This document shows, piece by piece, positions 48,029 to 58,583 of a stretch of 64,000 bases of DNA (position 1 is the first letter of the stretch; each line of letters starts with the position of its first letter). The stretch covers positions 1,116,001 to 1,180,000 of the forward strand of contig OX337239.1 of assembly GCA_946965045.2 (NCBI GenBank), given 5' to 3'. The notes beneath the pieces were generated by a model. It had not been told where the DNA came from and ran no database searches. It saw nothing but the letters and a program-made list of their open reading frames with translations. This stretch comes from Epithemia pelagica. Taxonomy: Eukaryota > Protista > Bacillariophyta. The translations under genes and the position numbers were made by a program.

Positions 48029-49666
48029 ATGAACCCAAGAACAATGCCACTAACAATAACAACAACCGCACAACCTCACGACAGGGACACGTTGGACTTG
48101 TCGGATCGCCGTACCAATTCACCAGTTATTACCATGAAACACCACACACCAACAAGCAACACTCGTTCCACCAAGCACCACCACCAACCCCATGCAACGG
48201 GCATGTGGTGGTTGTGCGTGTTGTTGGGGAGCCTTTGGATCCAGGTGGATACTGTATGGGCGTTTTCGTCCAGTACTGCTGCCAAAACTCCCTTGTCGCT
48301 GTCCTCATCCTTCCTTGGTCGGTATTCGTCTGTGGAATCGGCCACCACCACACCACGAATCCATGCCCATTTCTCCATCCGATCCACACAATCCACAGTA
48401 TTCCTCACTTCCACTCCGACAGATACGACTCGAGTTGGGTCGGGTCGTCCACGAAATAGATGGACGCCCTCGTCCACGACGACGACAACAAAATTTGCCA
48501 CCAGTCTTTTTGGGAGCAAGGATCCGGAGGGCAAGAAACACACTCCAGTATTGCTACAGTGGATGAGAAACGTATGGAGTCGTGTCCAACAATGGTGGTG
48601 CTCGCTTGGAAAGGAACCACAATGGTGGTGGAGACACTCCGGAATCCAAGAAACGCATGGTGTTCCACAATCACAACAACTGCAACCACCACAACGGTGG
48701 TCTCGGATCCGTTCCCTGTCTCGTGCCACGGTTCGAATGGCGCTGGCCGTAGTGGTAGCCTGGCATGCCACGACGGTGGCCCTTCCACCGGCCACTGCGG
48801 CGGCACCTCAAGTGGCTGTGGAACAATCCTCGACGCAAACCGCCACCTCCTTGCGTCCGGGTATGACACAATCGCAAGCCCAAGCCTTGGAACAAGGAGA
48901 TTTGACACGCGAACAAGTCGTCACAACCGAAAGCACTGCAGCCGCATCTCCCTTTGTTACCAACACCGAACTGTCGTCGTCATCATCATCCACTTCCAAA
49001 CCGAAACAAGCAACCATGGATGACGACTATGATGAGGAAGACGACGAGGACGAGTATTATGGTTCCTCAACGACAACAAAGAGTCGCCAATCTCCCCTCC
49101 GTTCCAATCCGAATTCCAAGACAACGGCAGCCGCAGCGGCTGCTTCGGCGGCATCCTTGCAAACCGTTTCGGAATTTGCCAATCCCAATCAAGTCCGTCT
49201 CTCGTCGGCCCAACGGGCGGCCAGTAAATTTTATGTCAGCATGGCCGTTGCGGTGCCCTTGTTTGGAGGTACCGTCTTGCGCGAACAAGTACGTCGTCGC
49301 CGGGAAGCGGCCTATGTCAAGCGGGGATTGGAATTGCAGCGCGATCAATACAAGGAATACTTTAATATTACCACAACGCAAGAGGATTTGGATCAAGAAA
49401 TTGAAGATTTGAAGAAACAACAACAACAAAATGAAACCAACACTGAAGAGGAGGACGACGATGAGGATGACGACGACGACGATGGAGAGGATGACGACGA
49501 CAAGGATCCTCGAGGTCTTCGTCGACGAACCCCACGAGGTCCTACCAAGCCACCGTCTCCGGATGACCAGGATGGAAGTGGTGGGGCCGACAGCGGTGAC
49601 AATACGCCCAATCGTATGAGTGACAACGATTTGGATCGGTTGAATCAAATGTTTCGTAAATCGTAG
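48029..49666 (+). CDS. Plastid-targeted membrane protein of unknown function
   Basis: Signal MWWLCVLLGSLWIQVDTVWA-FSS matches the diatom ASAF(AP) cleavage motif (real start probably this Met near 48200). A second signal-like segment ...ALPPATAA and a TM (FYVSMAVAVPLFGG) are followed by a coiled acidic tail. Confidence 0.65.
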   Translation: MNPRTMPLTITTTAQPHDRDTLDLSDRRTNSPVITMKHHTPTSNTRSTKHHHQPHATGMWWLCVLLGSLWIQVDTVWAFSSSTAAKTPLSLSSSFLGRYSSVESATTTPRIHAHFSIRSTQSTVFLTSTPTDTTRVGSGRPRNRWTPSSTTTTTKFATSLFGSKDPEGKKHTPVLLQWMRNVWSRVQQWWCSLGKEPQWWWRHSGIQETHGVPQSQQLQPPQRWSRIRSLSRATVRMALAVVVAWHATTVALPPATAAAPQVAVEQSSTQTATSLRPGMTQSQAQALEQGDLTREQVVTTESTAAASPFVTNTELSSSSSSTSKPKQATMDDDYDEEDDEDEYYGSSTTTKSRQSPLRSNPNSKTTAAAAAASAASLQTVSEFANPNQVRLSSAQRAASKFYVSMAVAVPLFGGTVLREQVRRRREAAYVKRGLELQRDQYKEYFNITTTQEDLDQEIEDLKKQQQQNETNTEEEDDDEDDDDDDGEDDDDKDPRGLRRRTPRGPTKPPSPDDQDGSGGADSGDNTPNRMSDNDLDRLNQMFRKS

Positions 49667-49982
49667 CAACGTTCCAACCAACTAACTATACGGTTGAAAA
49701 AATAGAAAGAGAAGATCTATCTGTTGGTTAGTTCTAGCTGGATTCTCGCGAATCGGGCCCATCGCATAGGTGGAACACGAGGAAGGATTCGCATGGAAAG
49801 AAACATTTCTGCTCACAAGTCCAAAAGAGGACAACTGTATGAGAAAGCACCATCTCTATTCTGAGACGGCTCACTCCATCGTCACCACGGTTCAGCGCTT
49901 TTCTGAGAGCCCACCAAGTAACCCCATGCCAAACGTAGATGTAAGACAAACCATGAAAGAAAACTTGTTCTCGTTTCTCTTG

Positions 49983-50342
49983 TTATAGCCGAGAAGTATT
50001 CGCCAGTTGCAATTGCTTCCGTGTGGCATCCAACACCACTTTGAGTTTGAGTGCCAAAGCCATTTTGCCCTTGACCTTTAATTTCTTTTTCAGAAAGGCC
50101 TGTTGGGGTGTCACGCGTTGTTGAATCAAGTCTTGCAACACGGCAGACGGTAAGATGACCGTCAAGTCGGCCTTTTCTTTTTCCGAGGATCCCTTTTTGC
50201 GAGCATCCAAATACCATTCCTCCTGATCCAATTGGAAAACGACAATGGCATTGAATTTTCGACGCACCATGGCATCTTTCTCCAGAGCATCCATCATGGC
50301 GGCTCGAATTTGTTCGTTGCTATACGAAGGCGACGAGGACAT
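49983..50342 (-). CDS. SCP2: Stand-alone SCP2 sterol/lipid-binding domain protein with peroxisomal PTS1
   Basis: ADLTVIL...TPQQAFLKKKLKVKGKMALALKL is the SCP2 signature; the C-terminus is -SRL. Confidence 0.85.
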   Translation of the reverse strand: MSSSPSYSNEQIRAAMMDALEKDAMVRRKFNAIVVFQLDQEEWYLDARKKGSSEKEKADLTVILPSAVLQDLIQQRVTPQQAFLKKKLKVKGKMALALKLKVVLDATRKQLQLANTSRL

Positions 50343-50957
50343 TTTGTTTGGTTCTATTCTCGCAAGATACGATGCTTTGGTGTCTTGAGGGTATCTTGAA
50401 GGTCTTCGGGTAATACGCTCCCTGTTCCCACTATTCTCCGCGTTACCTAACCTTGCGCATTGCCATTGTTGTCCAGAACAAGCTGACGTGAGTCGGTGCA
50501 TGGTACAGCGACCTTTACGCGATTAAAACCTTCATTCCACGTGGACACGTTTCGAGCCAAAACGATGCGGCAGACACGCACACACGTTCAACCATCAACA
50601 AGGGAGATCCTTACGCGGAATTTTGATCATTCTCACAACCAAACTTGGGGAGGAGATTGCAACGTATCTCACGCATCGAACGACAGCTTGTCTCGCACAA
50701 GCAGCAGCGGCAGATCTGAGCAACTAACGTTCAACGACCAACGAAGAAGGTGTCGTTGTCGCGGTTTGGAAACTTGTTCTTCTTCCTGAATCGATTGGGT
50801 CTTTGCGGGTTCCAAGATTCGTCGTCGTCCCCCTTTACCACAATTCCTTGCTGGTCGTTCGTTGTCCTCTTTTACGAGTGATCTTTTCAATCGCCACTCT
50901 CTTGCTTCCTTTCGTGGTCATTTTCGTCCTCCGTTCCATTTGACTACCTTGGCTACC

Positions 50958-53900
50958 ATGAGTTCCGACGACAAGCCAGAACTGAAATGGCCCATGACCA
51001 AGGTGCGACAAACCTTTATTGACTTTTTCGTCAAGCAACATGAACATACGTTTTGGCCTAGCAGTCCCTGTGTCCCCGTCGACGATCCTACATTGCTGTT
51101 TACCAATGCTGGCATGAATCAATACAAGCCCTTGTTTTTAGGTAAAGATGACTTGATTGTTGAGTGCAGCGGTTTTGCCGTAGCTTGTCCCTCACCCAGT
51201 TTGCTCGATGATCTTGCTGGTTGCTGATCGTTCTCCCAACAGGCACGTGCGATCCCAATTTGGAAATGTCGACTTTGAAACGGGCCGTCAATACCCAAAA
51301 ATGCATTCGTGCTGGAGGCAAACACAATGATTTGGACGACGTAGGAAAGGATGTCTATCATCATACATTTTTTGAAATGTTGGGAAATTGGTCCTTTGGC
51401 AATTATTTTAAGAAAGAGGCCATTGCCATGGCGTGGCAGTGCTTGACGCAAGAGTTTCAATTGGACCAAAGTCGCTTGTATGCCACGTATTTTGAAGGCA
51501 ATGAACAAACACCTGCCGATAACGAAGCCAAGGAAATTTGGCTTCAATTCTTGCCACCGGAACGTGTCTTGCCCTTTGGAGCCAAGGATAACTTTTGGGA
51601 AATGGGAGCAACTGGCCCCTGTGGCCCCTGTACGGTACGTTTGGTGTCGTTCTATGTTTGGTCGTTGTTCTGGGAATTTTGTGCGACAAGACCAAAGAAA
51701 TACTCTACTCTAACCTTGGTTTCGTTTGTGTCATGATTTCTTTTGTTCGCTTGCATATCGTTGGGCGGTGGGATTCCTTGTCTCCTATCTACAATGGATG
51801 TACTATAGGAAATTCATTACGATCGCATTGGAGGTCGCGATGCCGCCACCTTGGTCAATGCCGATTTGCCCGATGTCATTGAAATTTGGAACAATGTCTT
51901 TATCCAATACAATCGCGAAGCCGACGGATCTTTGCGTCAATTGCCGGCCCAACATGTGGACACAGGCATGGGCTTTGAACGATTGACAAGTATTTTGCAA
52001 GGTGTTGATAGTAATTATGATACGGATATCTTTCAACCCATCTTCGCCGCCATTCAAAAAGAAACAGGCGCTCGACCCTATCAAGGAAAGGTGGGCCCTG
52101 TCGATGATCCCCAGTTCATTGATATGGCCTATCGTGTTGTGGCCGATCACATTCGGACCCTGTGTTTTGCCATTGCCGATGGGGCTGTTCCTAGTAACGA
52201 TGGACGCGGTTATGTGTTGCGACGAGTCCTGAGACGAGCCGTCCGATTTGGTCGACAAAATTTGGGTGCCGAATTGGGCTTTTTTACAAAACTAGTACCA
52301 ACGGTAGTTCAACTCATGGGTGAGACCTTTCCTGAATTGGTGGAAAAGCAAGCTCACGTGACGGCTATTTTGCTGGATGAAGAGCAAAGTTTTAATCGAA
52401 CCTTGGACAAGGGTGTACAGGCTTTCACGCAAATGGTGGAAAAGGTTACTGCCACTGGCGATGACAAGACACCCAAAGAATTTTCGGGTACTGATGCCTT
52501 TTTCTTGTACGATACCATGGGATTTCCTATTGACTTGACGGAACTCATGGCAGAAGAAAAGGGCTTGACGGTGGATCGACAAGGCTTCGAGGCCAAATTG
52601 GAGGAAGGTCGTGAGTTGTCCCGCCAAGAATATTCCAAGAGACAAATGGCTGGAATGTCCGGGAAAGACATGCGATTGGTGGCGGAACAAACGGCACACT
52701 TGGTCAATGTTTTGTCAGCACCCCCCACGGACGATGTGCACAAGTACACCTGGAATCAAGATTTAACCGATTGCACCGTCAAGGCCTTGTTTTTGGGACG
52801 CAACGAAACCGAAGATAAGATTGGATTTGTCAACCAAATCACGGCAGAGTCTGGCACTGTGGGAATTCTCTTGGACAAAACTAGTTTCTACGCCGAATCC
52901 GGAGGACAGGTTTATGACACCGGATCAATTGTTCCATCCAATGCTGACGAATGTGGTCTGTCGATTCAAGTTAACAATGTCCAGTTGTATGGACAATTCG
53001 TGCTGCATGTAGGGCAAGTGGTGGTGACCGAAGGGTGTGATGAGTCCAAGGCGGTTTGGAATGTGGACGACAAGGTCACTTGTCGTGTTGACTATCAACG
53101 TCGCGCACCAATTGCCGCCAACCACACCATGACGCATGTCCTCAATTATGCGTTGAAGAAGGTCTTGATCCAAGATGCCGAGTCCACCAGTGCTACAAGT
53201 ACCTTGACCGATATTGATCAAAAGGGCTCGTATCAAGATGAAACAAAGTCAAGGTTTGACTTTTCCTGGAATGCGGCCTTGACTTCAGATCAATTGCAGG
53301 CGGTGGAGCAAGTTTGTGTTGAACGTATTGAAGGCGCGTTTCCCGTTGAATCGTACGTTGCACCGTTGGCCGAGGCTGAGAAAGTTTCGTCTCTCCGTGC
53401 CGTTTTTGGAGAGAAATATCCCGACCCGGTTCGTGTGGTAGCTGTTGCGCACCACTCCATTACAGACATGTTGGCAAATCCCCAGGACTCACAGTGGTAC
53501 AATTACAGTGTGGAGTTTTGCGGTGGTACACATTTAACCAATACCAAGGAAGCACAGGCGTTTTGCTTGCTCAGTGAGGAGGGTATTGCGAAAGGAATTC
53601 GTCGTATCGTGTTCGTCACTCAAGACGATGCAAAACGCGCTATTGCCGAGGCCAATGCCTTTGAAGCAAAACTTAAGGAGGCTTCTAGTTTGGAAGGCGA
53701 AGCTTTGGACGGAAAGGTTAAGACCCTGAGTCAAGAGCTTAGCACTTTGTCAATTTCGGCTGCTCGCAAGGCTCAATTCCGAGATGGTATGGAAGAGCTG
53801 ACCAGAAAGGTTATCGCCTACAAGAAGCAGCGCATGGCGGCAATGTCTGAGGAGGTTGTTGCGAAGGCGGTCGAGCTTGCGGCAACTACCGAAGGGGACA

Positions 53901-54214
53901 AGGTGGTTTTGCGGTCTGATTTTGGTGTGGATGGCAAAGTGGGCAAACAAATCATGATTGGCTTCTGTAAGAAAGTGAAGGATAAGGCCTTGTTCTTGGT
54001 CTCGGCTGGTGACAAAGATATCGATGGTAACAAGTTTTTGGTCGTGGCTGGTGCCCCCAAGGCAGTTTCCAAATCGGTGGATTGCAAAGCATGGGCCACG
54101 GCGGCCACAGTTGGTACGGATGGAAAAGGTGGCGGAAAACCAGAGATGGCCCAGTTTCATGTTGCCGGGCTCCAATCCATCGACATAGTACTGGAACAGG
54201 CAAGGAAATTCTAG
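50958..54214 (+). CDS. AARS: Alanine--tRNA ligase, 3 exons
   Basis: Introns 51142-51242 and 51635-51808. [61 protein letters not shown]; editing HTMTH and VEFCGGTH; C-Ala GKGGG. Confidence 0.96.
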
Positions 54215-55375
54215 TGACATGGTCGTAATATAGCCAATATAGCCGTAGTTTTCAACGAGAAAAGAAGAGCTGAAATGGGAGTGTGTATTCCAGTGAAAAC
54301 ACCAGTGGACGACAAGGAGCACACGACATTCAACAGGTCAAATGTTGAGTTTGCTCATCTTAAGCAGAACTCAAACATAACAATATGGTTCATCATTTTG
54401 GACTCATCCGCGCAACGCTAAAGTGGATTCCCCGTTGTTGGTTGAAGCACGATGCATTTCTGGTTTGAAGGAGAAAGATTGGTCGTTTGTCTTCTTCAAA
54501 TGGTGGTATTTCGACCACCTGGACGACCATTTGATGATTCTTTCCCCATTAGTTGGACTTGGAATGACTGGCCAATCCCTACTAGTAGTTCATTTTGTCA
54601 ACGCCTCTTTGGGACAATCTACACCATTAGTACTCCTAGTAAGTACTCCAAGCAAGGAATAGCTCATCTTTCTCCGGTCGCTGATTAGGTAGGTGGTGTT
54701 TCTCTGGAATTTGGAAAGTAAAGTTTGCAAGTCTCAAGTCCCGAATGCCTTCTCATTCGCCATAACTGGGGGACTGGGGGCTCGTTGTTTGTTGGCGCAA
54801 TTTGCAATTTTTTGTTATCACCATCTGAGACCTGAGACATCTGACTGATGTATTATTATTTTTTGTTAGTGTTTCGGATGGGGGCATAGGCATGGCGGGG
54901 AGCCTTCTTCTCATTATTCTTCATGCTTTTTTCTACTTTGGTAATAAAAAGTAAAAAGAGAGTTAAAAAGGCAAAACGCATCAAATACTTGGAATGGGAT
55001 CTGGACTCCGGAGTAGTAGTGCTACCCGATCAAAGATTGGCGACTCAAAGTTTACTCCTGTGGCTGTGGGACTTAGAATACGAGTATCGGGAGTCGGGAG
55101 CGGTCATGAGTAAGTACTACCTACCTATAGAGGCAGGAGTCAATTGTTCCAGACAGGATCAAGAATCCAGACTAGGGACTAGAGGGGCAACATTACGATG
55201 ATTTGGAAACGAAATGGTCAATGCAAAAGAAATGGGAGTTGTCGTTTATCGTTTCCCCATCAGATTTTCTTGCGTCTGGGAGGTTTGTGCAAGATACATG
55301 CGAAATGAAAGATGTAATTGTTCCCATTCCCAAGCCATGAATCATCTGATTCGTTTGGTCAAGCATGTGTGCAAT

Positions 55376-55459
55376 GACCATTGACTCCCATTAGAAATGT
55401 CCTTAGTCCTTAGACCGTTGACTCCCAATTGAATTGGCCTTAGACCATTGACTCCCATT
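55376..55459 (+). repeat. Three copies of GACC(A/G)TTGACTCCCA(A)TT
   Basis: Copies at 55376, 55413 and 55443, read directly. Confidence 0.8.
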
Positions 55460-56038
55460 CAGACAAGGTTCATAGCTCGTCTCATTTCTCATTTGCACCT
55501 TCCATCTGTCAACAGTGCTAGTCCATAGTCCATACGCCTCTATGGTCATAGTCCAAGCATACGTCCAAACTCACCATTTCCGTAGATTAAATTATTTTGT
55601 CAACCTAGGAGTAGGATTACTAGGTACTCCTGGTACTACCTAGTAGGTAGGCAGCTCACTCCCTAGAACACATCTCACATCCAATAATTTTATTATCAAT
55701 TTTTGTTGTCTTCTTGTCGTTTTCCGCTCTGTCTTTCGTTTATGCCGGCTCCCTCACCCCAAACCCCAAACCGAAGAAACGAAAAACGAAGTTGCATTAG
55801 TCTGTCAAGTGTCAAGTCTCAAGGCAAAGTTCGGGAAGATGGAGTCCGGGGCTTCGCCACAAAATTTTGACTTTCCCATTTCCCATATCTACTGGGTGTT
55901 TACTGAAAGTGCAATAGACACAAACATAAACACAAACTAAACCATTAGGTTTAAGTTTAAGTTTATCTAATGTCCTGAATACAAAATAGGTCAAACCCAA
56001 CAAAAACACAACCTATCTTTGGATACACGTGTACACGC

Positions 56039-57265
56039 ATGCCTCATCTCCCCCAATGCTCATTCGTCTCCCTCCACCATACAAGAACTAATACAATGGA
56101 GGAAGCTTCCATTCTGATGATGTTGCTTCTCCAGCAACAGAACAACAACACCAATCACGAAGTAGACGAATACAACCAACTGCGTAGGTCCGTGATCCGC
56201 AGAAATGCATTACATGACCCTCTTAACTCTGCATTTATGCACCTCTATAGGTCAATGCAGGATGACGCATTAATCACCCTTTGTGGTTTTGATCATGCAG
56301 CGTTCAATCGGCTTCTAACCCTGTTCAGACCGATGTTCAAAGCCTACACTCCTTACCCACAGTCACATAACAATCGTGGACACATGCGACGACTCAAAAG
56401 GAGGAATCATGGAAGGCGCAGGAAAATTACAGCAGTCATGTGTCTAGGACTTGTGCTGGTATGGACCCGTACTCCAGGATCCAGGAAAGTGCTGCAATTG
56501 ATATTTGGGTTCACAGCCAACCCCTTATCAGTGTGGCTTAGATTCACAAGGAGGATCCTAGTCAAGGTCCTTGCCAAGCACCCAGACGCCAAGGTTGAGC
56601 TTCCAACTCCTGAAGAAATTGCTGTATTCAAACAGTCAATCCAATCCAAGTACCCCTGTCTCGCCAACATTTGGGCAGCCATGGATGGTTTGAAGCTCTG
56701 TGTTGCCGCAAATCCATTGACACAAAACATGTTTTACAATGGATGGACTCATGACCACTATGTGTCCAATCTCTTTCTCTACTCACCAGATGGCAAAATC
56801 CGTGCTTGTTTTATAAACGCTCCAGGTTCATGGCATGACTCTACACTTGCCTCTATTTCAAATATCTACAACAAGTTAGATGAACTACATGAGCGGGAGA
56901 GAGATAATGGTGGAGCCCGTGTGGTAGTCGATTCTGCCTTTGGAAGGGAAAACCGTCCTTCGTTGCTTAAGTCGCATCAGTCAAATTTTGACAACGATGG
57001 TAATGTTCGGATGAGACGCGTAGTGTTCCGTGCCGCAACTTCTGTTCGGCAATTGACGGAGTGGGGAATGAGAGGTCTACAGGCATCTTTCCCTCGCCTC
57101 AAAGACCGTCTCCCCTATGAAGAGGTTGGAGAGCGACGAGTCATTCTACGGTTGATTGTTCTTCTATACAACTTTAGAGCATCAACTGTTGGATTTAATC
57201 AAATCCAGACGACATACATGCCACAACTTCGTCAAAATGCTGCTCGTGCCACTAGTAATTTCTAG
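56039..57265 (+). CDS. Harbinger-type DDE transposase (DDE_Tnp_4-like)
   Basis: HTH-like region, then AAMDGLKL, FYNGWTHDHY, NAPGSWHDS, VVVDSAFG, VRQLTEWGMRGLQASFPRL. No stops. Likely start is ATG 56096. Confidence 0.9.
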   Translation: MPHLPQCSFVSLHHTRTNTMEEASILMMLLLQQQNNNTNHEVDEYNQLRRSVIRRNALHDPLNSAFMHLYRSMQDDALITLCGFDHAAFNRLLTLFRPMFKAYTPYPQSHNNRGHMRRLKRRNHGRRRKITAVMCLGLVLVWTRTPGSRKVLQLIFGFTANPLSVWLRFTRRILVKVLAKHPDAKVELPTPEEIAVFKQSIQSKYPCLANIWAAMDGLKLCVAANPLTQNMFYNGWTHDHYVSNLFLYSPDGKIRACFINAPGSWHDSTLASISNIYNKLDELHERERDNGGARVVVDSAFGRENRPSLLKSHQSNFDNDGNVRMRRVVFRAATSVRQLTEWGMRGLQASFPRLKDRLPYEEVGERRVILRLIVLLYNFRASTVGFNQIQTTYMPQLRQNAARATSNF

Positions 57266-57269
57266 AATG

Positions 57270-57480
57270 AATGGAAACCGTGGTAAAGTGAATGGAGTAA
57301 ATGGAAACCGCGGTAAAGTGAATGGAGTAACTGTAAACCGCGGTAAAGTAAATGGAGTAACTGCTAACCGCAGTAAAGTAAATGGAGTAACTGCTAACCG
57401 CAGTAAAGTAAATGGAGTAAATGTAAACCGCGGTAAAGTAAATGGAGTAAATGTAAACCGCGGTAAAGTAATTGGAAACC
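57270..57480 (+). repeat. 30-bp minisatellite, ~7 copies, between the two transposon stop codons
   Basis: Unit approximately (g/t/c)aaaccgcggtaaagtaaatggagtaa(a/c)tg, head-to-tail with no spacers. Confidence 0.95.
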
Positions 57481-57524
57481 ACCTTACTAAATGTTATTCA
57501 ATTCTTGTCCTTAAATTCTTGTCC

Positions 57525-58583
57525 TTAATCATCAAGATCATGATCTTGATAGTCGTTGTGTCCTCCATGGTCATTGTGCTCATTTTCTCCTTCTCCTTCA
57601 CGGCTTCGTTTCTTCTTTGAACTTTGATTGTTGTCGGCATTCTTTCCAAACATACCAGCCATAAACATCATGATCTGTTGTTGATCTTGTTGGCGCTGTT
57701 GTGCCGCAAGTGTGGCCTGTTGTTGGGCCATTGCTGCTTGCTGCTGCATCTGTTGGAAGAGCAGTTGTTGCATCGTTGCATTTTGTTGGGTCTCTTTTGC
57801 ACGCTCTTTCCTGTCTTTGTCGTCTGCCTCCTGCTTTTTGTTCATGCTCATGATGAGCCAGGTCATGATGTCCTTCTGCTCTTGGGCCTGTTCTTGTTTG
57901 GGTGACCTCCTACGTGGAGTTCGTCCGGATTTAAGGGAACGTACCGTGGAAATTGAAGATTCCGTAATGTTGGTGGCTTCTGCGACACCATTCTTGAATA
58001 AGTTTGTCGGGATCCTCGACGGTTGTTCGTCCTCTTCGTCTTCGTCTTCTTCTATTCCAAGGTCGTCTTCATCAAAATCACCCCCAGCATCAACTTTTGC
58101 ACAGATCAAACCAATGACCATCTTGGCCCTTTCGACATCCTCGGGCATTGTGGGGTTTCCTGTGGGTACCTTCTTATTGTGTAAGGTGTTGAATTTTCGT
58201 CGTAACGAATCTCTGTCTCGTTCACGACCCGGAAACTGCTTGTTGTACTCTTGAGTGACAATGTCCCATTCGTCAGAACAGGCCGGCTTCAGGTCTTCTA
58301 ACAGATCTAGGAGAAAGTCGACTTCCCCTTTCTTGTAGGTTGGTCCTTTGCTCCGTCCTGCCCCACCATTTCCTCCTTGTTTCTTGTTTGCCGCCATAGG
58401 GGGTGGTTTGGTCGTCTTGGTACTTGTCTTCACAGGTTGTGTTGTCCTCGCAGGGTGTGTTGTCGCCTTCAAGTTAGTTGGATTGTTGCTGCGCTTGGAT
58501 TTCTTGATAGCCACAGCGGCCAAAGCAGCTATATCCTCACGCTTTTTTGCAAGACGGGGAGACTCACGGCGCCTCATAGGCAA
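57525..58583 (-). CDS. Harbinger accessory Myb/SANT-like DNA-binding protein
   Basis: GRSKGPTYKKGEVDFLLDLLEDLKP...EWDIVTQEYN...RDRDSLRRKFNTL...PTGNPTMP, then a Gln-rich coiled coil. Lies within the TIRs, convergent with the transposase. Confidence 0.85.
   Translation of the reverse strand: MPMRRRESPRLAKKREDIAALAAVAIKKSKRSNNPTNLKATTHPARTTQPVKTSTKTTKPPPMAANKKQGGNGGAGRSKGPTYKKGEVDFLLDLLEDLKPACSDEWDIVTQEYNKQFPGRERDRDSLRRKFNTLHNKKVPTGNPTMPEDVERAKMVIGLICAKVDAGGDFDEDDLGIEEDEDEEDEQPSRIPTNLFKNGVAEATNITESSISTVRSLKSGRTPRRRSPKQEQAQEQKDIMTWLIMSMNKKQEADDKDRKERAKETQQNATMQQLLFQQMQQQAAMAQQQATLAAQQRQQDQQQIMMFMAGMFGKNADNNQSSKKKRSREGEGENEHNDHGGHNDYQDHDLDD

Noticed and set aside
57270-57480. CRISPR-like appearance of the 30-bp repeats
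   Set aside because: The units are contiguous with no unique spacers, there are no cas genes, and the context is a eukaryotic transposon.
57156-57620. ORFs 57156-57620 (-) and 57252-57482 (+) with peptide repeats
   Set aside because: They are open only because of the minisatellite and overlap the 3' ends of the transposon genes; there is no independent evidence of coding.
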